Part shown: one piece after another, positions 49,375 through 64,000 of the stretch | Layout: each line of letters starts with the position of its first letter | Position numbering within the stretch: position 1 is the first letter of the stretch | Assembly: GCF_028368995.1 (NCBI RefSeq) | Contig: NZ_JAQNDL010000003.1 | Span: 672,001-736,000, forward strand | Direction: 5' to 3' | Length of the DNA stretch: 64,000 bases | Origin: Nannocystis bainbridge | GTDB taxonomy: Bacteria > Myxococcota_A > Polyangia > Nannocystales > Nannocystaceae | Notes under the pieces: generated by a model | Told to the model about the DNA's origin: nothing | The model's database searches: none | The model's input: only the letters and a program-made list of their open reading frames with translations | Program-made: the position numbers and the translations under genes

Positions 49375-52300
49375 GTGTCCACCGCCCTCCGCATCGCCTC
49401 GTGGCTGCTCGCCGCCGCCGCGCTGATCCCCCACGACGCCAGCGCCCGCCCCGGCCGCGCCGCCGCGCCGCTGGCCGACCCGGCCGTGCGCGCCGCCGTC
49501 GAGTGGCGCCCGGTCGAGGTCGTGCCGGTGGCGCTGACCGGCCCCGCGCCGTGGACCGCGACCGCGCCCGCCGAGGCCCCCACGGCCACCAGCGCGGTCG
49601 TCGGCCCCGACGCCGGCGCGATCGTCCGCCTCGGCTCCCTCGCGGTCCTGCAGATCCGCGCCGAGCCGGTCCGCGGCGGGGGTCGGCCCGCGCCGCTGCA
49701 GTTCTGGCGCCGCTCCGGCGAGCCCGAGGCCGGCCGCGCCGCCGTGCTCGAGCCGGCGATCGAGGTGGCCCCGGGGACATGGCTTTTGGAACATCCGCCC
49801 GGCGGGCCCGGCGAATGGCTGGTCCACGCCGCCGAGCCGACGCGGATCACCGCCCTCGCCCCCACGCCGCGCACCGGCGAGCTGATCTGGGAGCACGTGC
49901 TCGGGGCGACCCTCGAGTGGATCGATCACGGCGGACCGCCGCCGCCGCTGCCCGACCTGCCGACCTTCGCCGACCTGCGCCGCGAGCTGCTGGCCGACGC
50001 GGCCATCGCCGCGGCCCTGTTAAAAAGTGACCCGAAGGACATGTCCCTTCAGGCAGCCGTCCGGGCCTGGCGCGGCGCCGCCGCGGTCCAGCGGATCACC
50101 GCCATGCGCCCGCCCGGCCGCCCGACCTTCGCGCTCGAGACGAGCCCGCGCCCGCTGGCCGACGCCGCCCCCTTCGACCTCGACGGCCGCCCGTTCCAGC
50201 GCACCGCCGGCCATCGCAGCTGGGACCTCGAGCTGACCGGCCCGGGGGTGGCGTGGATCTCCGCCAGGCTCCTGGGACAGGACCCGAAGGCCAGCCTCTC
50301 GGTGCACGCCGGCGGCCGCCTGTTGGTCCGCGAGCGCCTCGCCCCCGAGACCCCGTGCCTGCCCGAGGCCGCCGAGTGCCGGATCGGCGGCCCCGAGCGC
50401 GAGCTCGCCGTGCCGCTCGCGCCCGGGCTTCACACCTACCGCCTGCAGCTCGACGGCGACGCCGCGCTGCTGCGGGTCCGGACCGGCCGCACTCTCGAGC
50501 GGCTGGCCGGCGCGCTGCGCCGCGAGAGCACCCTCGACCTGCTGCGCCTCGGCCGACGCGCCCTGGCCCGCTCGCGCTCGCCCCGGGCCGCGCTGGTCGA
50601 CGCCCTGCTGGCCCAGGTCGAGGGCCGCCCGCTGCCGACCCTCGCCAAACGCCCGAGCCCGCCGCCGCTGGCCCTGGCCCACGATTGGTTGCAGGCGCAA
50701 CAGGACGACCTGCCGCCGGCCCGCCGCCGCCAGCTGGCCTGGTCGCTGGCCCGCGCCGCCGACATGGTCAAAGACCGCGACCTCGCCGCTCGCGGTCGCG
50801 CCGCCGGCATCGAGCTGCTGGCCGGCACCGACGACGCCGGCCTGGCCCGCCGCCTGCTCGGCCCACGCCCGAGCGAGGCCCCGGCCCGCGCGCTGGCGGC
50901 CGCCTCGCGCCTGCTCGACGGCCCGCCGCTGCCGCTGGCCAGCCCGATGCTGGCGCTGTTCGAGCGGGCCCGCCGGCTCGACCCGTACGACGCCGAGCTG
51001 CGCGCGGCCTACCGCGACCACTGGCAGGCGACGCGCTGGTCGGCGCTGCAGCCGAGCGACGAGGGCCCGCGGCCGCTGCTGTGGATCGAGCACCTGCCCG
51101 CCGACCCGGCCCGGGCCCCGACCAGCGCGTCGCTGTGGACCTGGCCGAACGCACATGTGCAAACGGTCATGGCCCCGCCGCTGCCGGAGGCGCCGCGGCG
51201 ACCGGCGCTGCTGCGGCTGTACGCCCGCGCCTCCGCCGGCCTGACGGTGACGGTCGACGACGCGCGCTGGCGGACCTTGCCGCTGGCGCCGCTCGAGCTG
51301 CTCGAGCTGGCGCTGCCGCCCGGCCCGCACGCGCTCACGGTCGCCGGCCCGAGCGGCAGCGAGGTGTGGTCGTCGCTGCCGCCCACGCCCCCGCGCGCCC
51401 CCGACGCCCGCCTGCTCCGCCTGTGGCGCGCCGACGCCGAGCACCCGGCCCGCTTCGTCCTGCCCGGCGAGCCGGCCCACGCCCGCGTCGACATCCGCGC
51501 CCTCGATGCCGTCACCCCCACCCGCGTCGACCTGATCCTCAAGACCGACACCGGCCTGCGCCGCCGCTTCAGCGTCGAGCTGCGCCCGGTCGAAGGCACG
51601 GCGATCCCGCTCGACGGCAGCCCCCGCGTCGGCCCCCCGACCAGCGTGCTGGTCCCCCTCGACCTGCGCGCCCGCGCCCTCGAGGTCCAGCTCGCCGGCC
51701 CGGGCCCCGCGGTCGCCGTGTCCGCCGCCGTGCGCGCCCCCGGCATGGGCGAACCATTGCCCGGAGCTGTCCCCCAGGACAGCAGCGAGACCACGATCCT
51801 CGCCGGCACAAAAGGACATGCCCCCGAGGACATGTCCTCAAAGACTCTCACCGGTTCACTCGCCGCCGGCACCCCGGGCGAGCCCGGCCCGCCCGCGCCC
51901 ACCGCTCCCGACTCACCTGTCCCCGGGGACAGCCCGATCGAGACCCCGGCCGCCGCGCTCGAGCGGGCCAGCCGCGGCCTGCTGGTCCGCCCGAACGACC
52001 CGGACCTGCTGCTCGTCCGCGCCGGCGCCTTGCTCGACCTCGACCAGCGGACCTACGCCCTGTCCGACTGGACCCGCGTCGCCGCCCACCCGCTGCCGCC
52101 GGTCCTGCGCCCGCGCGCGCTCGCCCTCGGGCGCCGGATCGAGGCGCTCGGCGCCCCCAGCCACATCGACGTCACCACCGACGTGCCGGTCCTCGTCGCC
52201 CCCGCGCTCGCGGCCGCCGGCCTCGACGACCTCGCCCTCGCCCGCCTGGCCCCCGCGGCCGCCCGCGCCCGCGAGGCCGGCCCCGCCGCCGGCCTCGCCG

Positions 52301-54770
52301 CCCTCGACGCCCTCGCGCCCGCGAGCGCCCCCGCCGCGTCCGACATGTCCCAAAAGACACCCGGACGCTCCTCGCCCGCCACGAAGGACATGTCCCAGGG
52401 GACATCCCGAGAGCCCGCCGCGTCCTCCCGCCGCCCCGCCGCGCCTGCGAGCGCCGCCGCCGCCTCCTCGCCCGGGGGCCTCGCTCCGGCTGCCGAAAAG
52501 GACATGTCCCGAGGGACATCCTCGACCTCCCTCGCTCCGGGCGACCTGTCCTCGCGGCCATCCTCGCTGCTCGCCGCGCCTACGGCCGCCGCGTCCTCGA
52601 CCCCTGGCGACCTGTCCTCTCGGACATCCTCGCACGACCTGTCCCCCGGGACAGCCAAAGCCCTCCCATTGAAACCACCCGCCCGCCCGCAGGCCGACCC
52701 GGCCGAGCTCGCGCTGCGGGCCGCCCTGCTCGACGCCGCCGCGCGCCCCGACGAGGCCTTCCGCGCCTGGCACCGGGTCTACGCCGCCACCGATCGCTGG
52801 CAGGTCGGCCTCGCCGGCGTGCGCAGCGCCCTCGCGGCGCTCGACGAGCCTGCCACCAGCCCCGTCGGCGCCGGCCTCGCCTACGGCCTGGCCCTGCGCG
52901 TCCGCCCCGCGATCCGCACCCCCGCCCTCGACCGCCTCGCCAACATCGCCGGCGAGCGCAGTCGCTGGTCGCACCTGATCCTCAGCGAGGAACGCGGCAG
53001 CCGTGAGCACGTCGACCTGCCCAAGAAGCCCGCGCCCGCCACCGGCACCGCCGACACCCGCGCCACCTTGCTCGCCGCCCCGTTCCCGGCCAAGGGCGCC
53101 CTCATGCTGCGCCCCGGCGTGCCCGTGCTGATCGACCTCGCCCGCGGTCACGACGCGCTCGGCTTCGAGCTGTGGTGCCGCGAGGTCCGCCCCGAGCTCG
53201 GCGGCGTCGCCCCCAGCGTGCGCTTCTGGATGGGCGAGGAATTGCTGCACACCCAGGCCGTCGCCGCCGGCACCCTCACCCTCGCCGAGTTCGCGGTCCC
53301 GGCCCGCGACGCCGTCACCCTCGAGCTCGACGACGCCAGCCACGCCTACCTGTGCCTGGCCCGCCTGCGCCGCCCCGAGGCCCGCCAGACCGCCCGCACC
53401 GACCGCTGGCACGTCGCCCGCGCCCGCCGCCCCGTCGAGTTCATCGTCCTGGGCCCCACCACCGTCCAGATCGAGGTCCACGGCCACGCCGTCTCCGACG
53501 TCAGCGTCGCCCTCGCCCGCGGCAGCGAGCCGTTCGGCCCAGCCCGCCCGCTCGGAAGTCTCTCGGGACATGTCCCTTCGGGCCTGGCCCAAAATTCCAA
53601 AGACCTCACCCTGCACCCGCCGATCCAGGTCCTCACCCTCGCCGACTCCGGCCCGCTGCGCATGCGCCTGGCCCCCGGCGTCGGCTCGGCGATGGTGCGC
53701 GTGCACCAGCGGCTCGACGCCGAGGCCGAGCCGCCGCCGCCGCGACCGCCGCGGCGGCGCCCGGCTCGCCTGGCCGAAGAGACAGCTCCACCCGCCCCCG
53801 CGCCGCACCCCACCCCCGCCGTGCCGCCGGACCAGCGCCACGTCCAGAAATTCGGCACCCCCTACGTCGACCTCCACCTCGGCACCGACGACCTCGAGGA
53901 CAGCGACGACCTGCGCCCGCGCGCCTCCGGCATCATCCGCCTCGGCTGGGCCCGCGAGCTGCTGGCGCGTCGCCTGTGGATCGAGGTCAACCCCGAGCTG
54001 CGCCCGCGCGAGGGCACCGCTCTGGTCGCTGGCGGTCGCCTCGGCTTCCAGGCCCTGTTCCCCCGCGCCGGCCTGCGCGCGTGGGTCAGCGCCGCCGGCC
54101 TGGTCCAGACCGAGCACGCGCTGCAGCCGTGGAGCCTGCGCGCCGAGGGTCGCCTCGATCGCCCGACCTGGCTGGCCCCGCGCCTGCAGCTGTTGCCCGG
54201 CCTCGACCTCGCCTACCGCTACCAGTCGCTCGCCGAGGGCCACGGCTTCGCGCGCGGCGAGCTGCACCCGCGCGTCTACCAGTGGTACGTCGAGGATCAT
54301 CCGCTGGTGTTCCGGCCGACCCTCGACCTGCGGGTCGTCGCCTGGCAGGACGCGCGCGTGGTCGTCGGCGCCGACATGATGCCGAACAGCGACTTCCGCA
54401 GCGTCGACCAGGTCAGCATGCACGCCGGCATCGCCGGCGCCCTCGCCCTCTACGGCCGCGTCGTCCCCGAGTTCGCGCTCGACTACGAGGCCTCCCTGCG
54501 GCTCGCCGATCCCGACCGCCAGAAGACCTACCTGCGCAGCCGGATCCTCGCCGGCCTCGGCGTCGGCATCTGGCTCACCGACGGCGTCCGCCTCGCCTTC
54601 GGCGTCCGCAACAACCTCTACCTCTCCTCGCTGTACCCGGCGCGCAACGGCCTCGACCTGTGGCTGCGCCTCGACCTGCCCCTCGGTCGTGGCTTGCGCG
54701 ACTTCGGCCCGCTCGAGATGCCCTTCCGCGCCGCCCGCGAGCACCGCCTGTGGCGCCAGGAGCCGACACC

Positions 54771-54774
<4 letters not shown>
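49375..54774 (+). CDS. Very large secreted protein with TPR-like helices and predicted C-terminal outer-membrane beta-barrel
   Basis: Sec signal MSTALRIASWLLAAAALIPHDASA; GGAG RBS; TPR-like segments (ERARRLDPYDAEL, RPNDPDLLLVRA); the last ~300 aa are alternating amphipathic strands. Confidence 0.7.
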
Positions 54775-59336
<4,562 letters not shown>

Positions 59337-59379
59337 CCCGTTGGGGCCGCGAGGTCGACCTGTTACCCTCGCCGCACCC

Positions 59380-60558
59380 GTGCCGACGCCCCTCCGCCTC
59401 ACCCACGCGAGCCTGCACCGCTTCAAGGCGGCCTATGCGCTGGAAGGCGTCCCCCTGCGCCCGTTCAACGTGATCATCGGCCGCAACGGCGCCGGCAAGA
59501 GCACCCTGCTCGAGGGGCTGCAATGGATCGACGCCGCGATTCGCGGCACGGTCAACACCGCCTGCGACCGCTACAACGGCATCGCCGATCTCGTCAATCA
59601 CCGCTACGCAAAGGGCGCTCGCGGCTTCGAGCTCCACACCCGACTGGAGTCCGCCGAGGGAGCGTTCGCCGACCATCATTGCAATGTCGTCGAAGTATTC
59701 GAAGACATCGCGACTGTCGGCTCCGAGCGGCTGCAGATCGGCCGACCCGGGAGCTCGCCGAGCGAAGTCCTATGGACCGAGAGGCACGAGCAGGACGTCC
59801 GCTTCTCCCCGCAGGGCAAGTTCGACCTCAGCGATCGTCTGGCGCTGTCGCGGATCGACGAGTTGATGGTCGATCCCCAGTTGCCCCTCCATGGCTCGGA
59901 CATCGCCGAGTTCTGGAAGAACGCGGTCTTCTTGCGCCTCGAGCCGACCGACCTCGCGCAGGGCGGCATCCTCCGCCGACCCTCGCTCGCGCCGCTGCTC
60001 GACGAGCGCGGCGCGATGTTGCCGGCCCTCATCGACGAACTGGGCGAAGAAGGCCGCGAGGAGCTCGCCGACATGCTGCGGTCGGTGCTCCCCGACTTTC
60101 ACGGCGTCGAGGTCTTTCGCGGCGGCGACAGCCGCAGCGGCAACTACGCGCTCCACGAGGACATCGTCTACCGCGGGCCCGCCGGCAAGAAGAGTTTTCG
60201 GATCCCCTCGTGGATGCTCTCCGAGGGCACCCGGCGCATGACCGCGATCTTCGCCCTGCTCGCCCATCGCCCTGGCCCCAGCCTCCTTTGCATCGAGGAG
60301 GTCGAGAACGGCCTCGACCCGATCTCCGTGCGCAAGGTCCTCGGCTACCTCAAGGAGGCCAGCCTGCGCGGCGTGCAGGTCCTCGTCACCACCCATTCGC
60401 CGTGGCTGCTCGACGACGTCGAAGTGGACGACGTCCTGGTCGTGCGCCGAGCCCTCGGCGACACCACGTACACCCGCCTCGCCGACGATCCTGCCAGTCA
60501 GCAAAGCGACCCGCGCGTCCGTCCTGGCGGGCGCTACCTCGACCTGCTCGAGTCCTGA
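59380..60558 (+). CDS. ABC-type ATPase (AAA_21/AAA_15-like)
   Basis: GRNGAGKST, LSEGTRR, LLCIEEVENGLDP, VTTHSP; GTG 59380. Confidence 0.92.
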   Translation: MPTPLRLTHASLHRFKAAYALEGVPLRPFNVIIGRNGAGKSTLLEGLQWIDAAIRGTVNTACDRYNGIADLVNHRYAKGARGFELHTRLESAEGAFADHHCNVVEVFEDIATVGSERLQIGRPGSSPSEVLWTERHEQDVRFSPQGKFDLSDRLALSRIDELMVDPQLPLHGSDIAEFWKNAVFLRLEPTDLAQGGILRRPSLAPLLDERGAMLPALIDELGEEGREELADMLRSVLPDFHGVEVFRGGDSRSGNYALHEDIVYRGPAGKKSFRIPSWMLSEGTRRMTAIFALLAHRPGPSLLCIEEVENGLDPISVRKVLGYLKEASLRGVQVLVTTHSPWLLDDVEVDDVLVVRRALGDTTYTRLADDPASQQSDPRVRPGGRYLDLLES

Positions 60559-60564
60559 ACGCTC

Positions 60565-61374
60565 ATGCGCATCGCGCTCTTCGTCGAGGGCAGCGCCCCG
60601 CTCGGCAGCAAGGACCACTGCGCCCGCCTGTGGAACGGCACGCTCCTGCCCGCGCTCGGCTGCGCCCCCGTCCAATTCATCGTCCCGATCGGCAAGGACG
60701 CCATCTCGCGGCTCCGTGGCCTCCGCACCAGCAGCTCCGCCCCCGGCCTCGACGCGAAGATCCAGGCACTCCTTCGCAATGAGAAGCTCGACCCCGACGT
60801 CGACGCCCTCGTGATCGCCTGGGACCTCGAGCCGATCGATCGAGGTCAGCGCCGCTGCGCCTGGGACGAGAAGATCGACCTCTATCGCAAGCTCTCGGAG
60901 TCGCCCTTGTTGAAGGGCACCGGTTGGGCCAGGGACGCCGCCCGGCGGGCCGCCGCGCTCGAGCGATTCCGTGGCCTGCCTCCCAGCGGCGCGAACCACA
61001 GCCGCGTCACCCCCGGCTCGGTCCTCGCATTGTGCATGCAGCCGATGTTCGAGGCGCTGCTCGCCCGCGACGGCCGGGCCCTGCGCCGCGCTCTCGGCCT
61101 CACGACCGATCCGGAGGGCTGGCCGAGCGGGTGGGGTCGGTCGGACCTCCGCGATCCGAGCGCCGAGCTGCTCGAACCAGCGATCGCCGCCCTGCGACGC
61201 ATTCGCCCGCGCCCGCCGGTCCGCCGACAGATCCGCGAGACCTGGGCCAACGCCAAGGACGAATGGGGTGAGTACATCCTGCGGCAGCTGTTCGCCGATC
61301 CCGAGCAGGCCGCACAGCTCCTGGCGCACCCGATCGCCCGCCGGCTCTCGCACGTGCTGCCGCGCGCCTCGTGA
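60565..61374 (+). CDS. TOPRIM-like hypothetical protein (DUF4276-like)
   Basis: MRIALFVEG, IAWDLEP, MFEALL; 6 bp after the ATPase stop. Confidence 0.6.
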   Translation: MRIALFVEGSAPLGSKDHCARLWNGTLLPALGCAPVQFIVPIGKDAISRLRGLRTSSSAPGLDAKIQALLRNEKLDPDVDALVIAWDLEPIDRGQRRCAWDEKIDLYRKLSESPLLKGTGWARDAARRAAALERFRGLPPSGANHSRVTPGSVLALCMQPMFEALLARDGRALRRALGLTTDPEGWPSGWGRSDLRDPSAELLEPAIAALRRIRPRPPVRRQIRETWANAKDEWGEYILRQLFADPEQAAQLLAHPIARRLSHVLPRAS

Positions 61375-62072
61375 CAGCGGGCGAGGGACCGCCGAGGAGC
61401 TCGAGGCGCACGCACGCTCACGCCACCGCGTCCCTTGGTAGGCACGCTGCCGCGTCCGCTCGGGTTCGGTGACATTCGCGAAGCATCGGCCTCGTCGATG
61501 CCTCCACATCCGCGTCGCTCGCATCATCCTCCTCTCCTCGCTGAAGATGCTCCCCGCGCCCGCGGTCCGGCGGCACCCGGCTCCATTGCCCGCACTCTCC
61601 CTCAGCACATTCCGCGCTCGCGGACTCGCATCCATCCCCGGCGAAGCGACCTCTTGCGGCGCGAACTGCCAGGATTTCCCATTCGATGCGGATCAGTCCG
61701 CTCGCCGCCCTCCCTATTTTGACGGTCCGGGGAGAGTCTGCGCCCGCAGAATGCCCCCCCGGTGCCGCTTCTACGCACGTCCGGATCCGCATCAGAACAA
61801 CGTTCAAGCGCCAAATCCTTGAGCTCCGGCTCCTGCGGACTGTGCGCACCACCCCAGATTCCCGCATTTCGCGCACCCTCCCGGACAGCTGTCCAGGAGA
61901 AAAGCGGGCGCAACCGGGCTCGGGTCTCGGCCCCCCAGATTGGCTCCTGAGCCCGCCAAACGCCGTTATCGGAGCGTTCTCCGGACCCTCGCGTCATTTC
62001 CGGGCCTGTTCGCGCTTCGTCACCTTACGATTTTTCATTGCTCGTCGTGCCCCTCTGGATCAGCCAAGGTGC

Positions 62073-62669
62073 ATGCAGCCCCGCAACAAGACCCTCTACA
62101 TGCTCTCCTTCGTGTTCGCCGCGGCCTGCTCGCGCACCTCTCCGGACACCAGTACGCCGGAGCCGGTCGTGGAACCTTCCCCGGCCGCGACTGCGCCGTC
62201 GGAGCGGAACACGGCCGATGACGAGATCTTCGGCGTCCTCGACACCATCAATGGTGAGGCGGTTGCCCACGGCGAATACATGAAGAAGTGGGCCAAGACC
62301 CAGAAGGTCAAGGAGTTCGCCGCCATGATGATCAACGACCACGAATTCGTGCGTGAGCGCGAAAAGAAGGTCCGCGACGCCCTCGACCTGCGCGCCACGA
62401 CCAGCCGGCTCGCCAGCGACATCGAGCAGGATTCGAAGCAGAAGCTCGACACCATGGGCAAGATCGACAAGGGCGACTCGCTCGACAAGGCCTACATCGA
62501 CATTCAGGTCGACGTGCACGCCACCTGGCTGTCCGCGCTCGACAACAAGCTCATCCCCTTCGCGCAGACCGACGAGCTGCGGGACGAGCTCGAGGAAGTG
62601 CGCAAGATCGTCGAGAGTCACTACAACCTCGCGGTCGACATGCGCAACAGCCTCAAGACCGGCAAGTGA
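62073..62669 (+). CDS. DUF4142 domain lipoprotein
   Basis: Lipobox AAAC; INGEAV, VKEFAAMMINDH, DKAYIDIQVDVH, HYNLA. Confidence 0.85.
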   Translation: MQPRNKTLYMLSFVFAAACSRTSPDTSTPEPVVEPSPAATAPSERNTADDEIFGVLDTINGEAVAHGEYMKKWAKTQKVKEFAAMMINDHEFVREREKKVRDALDLRATTSRLASDIEQDSKQKLDTMGKIDKGDSLDKAYIDIQVDVHATWLSALDNKLIPFAQTDELRDELEEVRKIVESHYNLAVDMRNSLKTGK

Positions 62670-62904
62670 CGCCTGGCACCCCTGGCTTCTCGCTTGAACT
62701 ACCGCCTCGCTTGAATTGACATCGCCACCGTCACGATCGCCTGGGCCCGCCGTTCGGCGCCCGGAGCCGGGCAGGATCCGCCACCTCGCCCCCGATACCG
62801 ACCCATTAATGCTACCTCGAGCGACCCTTCGAGCCGCGGACGGACACTTCTTACGGTCCACGGCCCTCCCTGCGGATCCTGCCCGGCACTGAGAGGAGAC
62901 CACC

Positions 62905-64000
62905 ATGCTGCGCGACCTCGCCACCGAGAACACCAGGGTTCCGGCCCAGGACTCCGCCCATCGCCCGCTCACCGCGTATTTCCGCGACCTCGCCGAAGTC
63001 AACGTCATGACGAAGGACGAGGAGACCACCGCGGCCCTCAAGATCGCCGACCTGCGCAAGGGACTCTGGGTGGCGATCCTCAACTATCCCCCGTTCGTCG
63101 GCCCGATCTGCGCCCTCGTGCGCCAGCGCCTCGACGACGACACCTGCCCGGTCGACGCCCTCGACGCGCTCGAGACGACCTCGCGGACGCTGCGCGACCG
63201 CGACCTGCGCTGCCACCATGACGCCTTCCACGCCGCGCGCAACGACCTCGCCGTCGCCATGCTCGCGGCCGACGTCGACAACGAGCTCGCCGACGCGATC
63301 CTCGCCGACCTCGACAGCCTCGAGGGCGACCGCAAGGCCGCCGTCGCGCTCGCTGTCAACCCGCCCCGCCGCGGCAGCCTCCCCTTCGCCCGCTTCGCCG
63401 CCGACGTCCGCAAGCAGCACGCCGCGCTGATGGCCGCCAAGAACGCCTTCGTGCGCGCCAACCTGCGCCTCGTCGTCGCCCTCGCGCGTCGCTTCCACCG
63501 CGGCACCGTCCCTCTGCAGGACCTCATCCAGGAGGGCAACCTCGGCCTGATCAAGGCCGTCGACCGCTTCGACCCCGCCCGCGGCTGCCGCTTCTCGACC
63601 TACGGCTCGTGGTGGATCCGCCACGCCATCAGCCGCTCGATCGCCGACAAGGCCCGCAGCGTCCGCCTGCCGGTCCACATGGTCGACGCGTGCAACAAGG
63701 TCACCAGGGCCCGCCGCGAGTTCGAGGCCCGCGAGGGCCGCGAGCCCACCGACAAGGAGCTGTCGGTCGTCAGCGGCGTCAGCGTCGAGCGGATCGCCCG
63801 CATGGGTTGGTCGCTCATCGAGACCCCGCTGAGCCTCGCCCTGCCCGCCTCGCGCGACGGGGAGGCCAGCCTCGTCGACACCGTCGCCGACCCCGACCAC
63901 GTCGCCCCGTCGGAGGTGCTCGACCGCGACCTCATGCACTCCCAGCTGCAGGAGGTGTTCGCCCAGCTCTCCCCGCTCGAGGCCGACATCCTGCGCAAGC
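62905..64000 (+). CDS. RpoD/RpoS-family sigma-70 factor (runs off the right edge)
   Basis: Manual translation after GAGAGGAG RBS: LTAYFRDL, NLRLVVALARRF, DLIQEGNLGLIKAVDRFDP, FSTYGSWWIRHAI, VRLPVH, GREPT. Confidence 0.95.
   Translation, partial: MLRDLATENTRVPAQDSAHRPLTAYFRDLAEVNVMTKDEETTAALKIADLRKGLWVAILNYPPFVGPICALVRQRLDDDTCPVDALDALETTSRTLRDRDLRCHHDAFHAARNDLAVAMLAADVDNELADAILADLDSLEGDRKAAVALAVNPPRRGSLPFARFAADVRKQHAALMAAKNAFVRANLRLVVALARRFHRGTVPLQDLIQEGNLGLIKAVDRFDPARGCRFSTYGSWWIRHAISRSIADKARSVRLPVHMVDACNKVTRARREFEAREGREPTDKELSVVSGVSVERIARMGWSLIETPLSLALPASRDGEASLVDTVADPDHVAPSEVLDRDLMHSQLQEVFAQLSPLEADILRK

Noticed and set aside
61375-62072. Possible gene or ncRNA in the 700-bp gap (ORFs 61418-61876, 61602-61997)
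   Set aside because: No recognisable motifs or codon bias, and no convincing tRNA or riboswitch structure seen by eye.
62673-62692. Sigma-54 promoter-like TGGCAC (also 21737)
   Set aside because: GG-to-GC spacing is not the required 10 bp.

Overview
Very GC-rich chromosomal window, inferred to be myxobacterial (possibly Nannocystis-like) from the stand-alone myxobacterial PilZ protein, the PP2C/Hanks kinase pair and many lipoproteins. The left ~39 kb is mostly housekeeping and accessory genes: recA 5' part, 5'-nucleotidase, cinA, PP2C-PilZ-kinase, amidohydrolase, UvrD/PcrA, histidine kinase, terpene synthase, MMPL-like/LolA-like pair, hydrolases and a lectin. Two features stand out. (1) An ~18 kb, mostly translationally coupled five-gene operon (41122-59336) encodes greatly enlarged homologues of the poly-gamma-glutamate synthase subunits: tandem CapC/PgsC with apparently inactive hydrolase-like domains, and a HEAT-repeat/CapB-PgsB fusion. 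With them are a PghP-like Zn-hydrolase, a predicted beta-rich periplasmic protein and a TPR plus beta-barrel protein. Together these suggest a Gram-negative, synthase-dependent synthesis and export machine for a gamma-linked polyamide, lacking CapA and CapD. (2) A highly iterated palindromic motif, TGTCC-N4-GGACA (GGACATGTCC-like decamers on a strict 14-bp period), is scattered across intergenic and coding DNA; I counted 22 perfect copies by eye plus many degenerate arrays. Other items: an orphan tandem gp19-like tail-tube gene, a six-zinc-ribbon protein with disordered ends, an ATPase/TOPRIM-like candidate defence pair, and a GAAC-N4-GTTC box upstream of recA. I recognised no rRNA, tRNA, CRISPR array or transposase. 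All family calls come from motif recognition by eye, not database searches.
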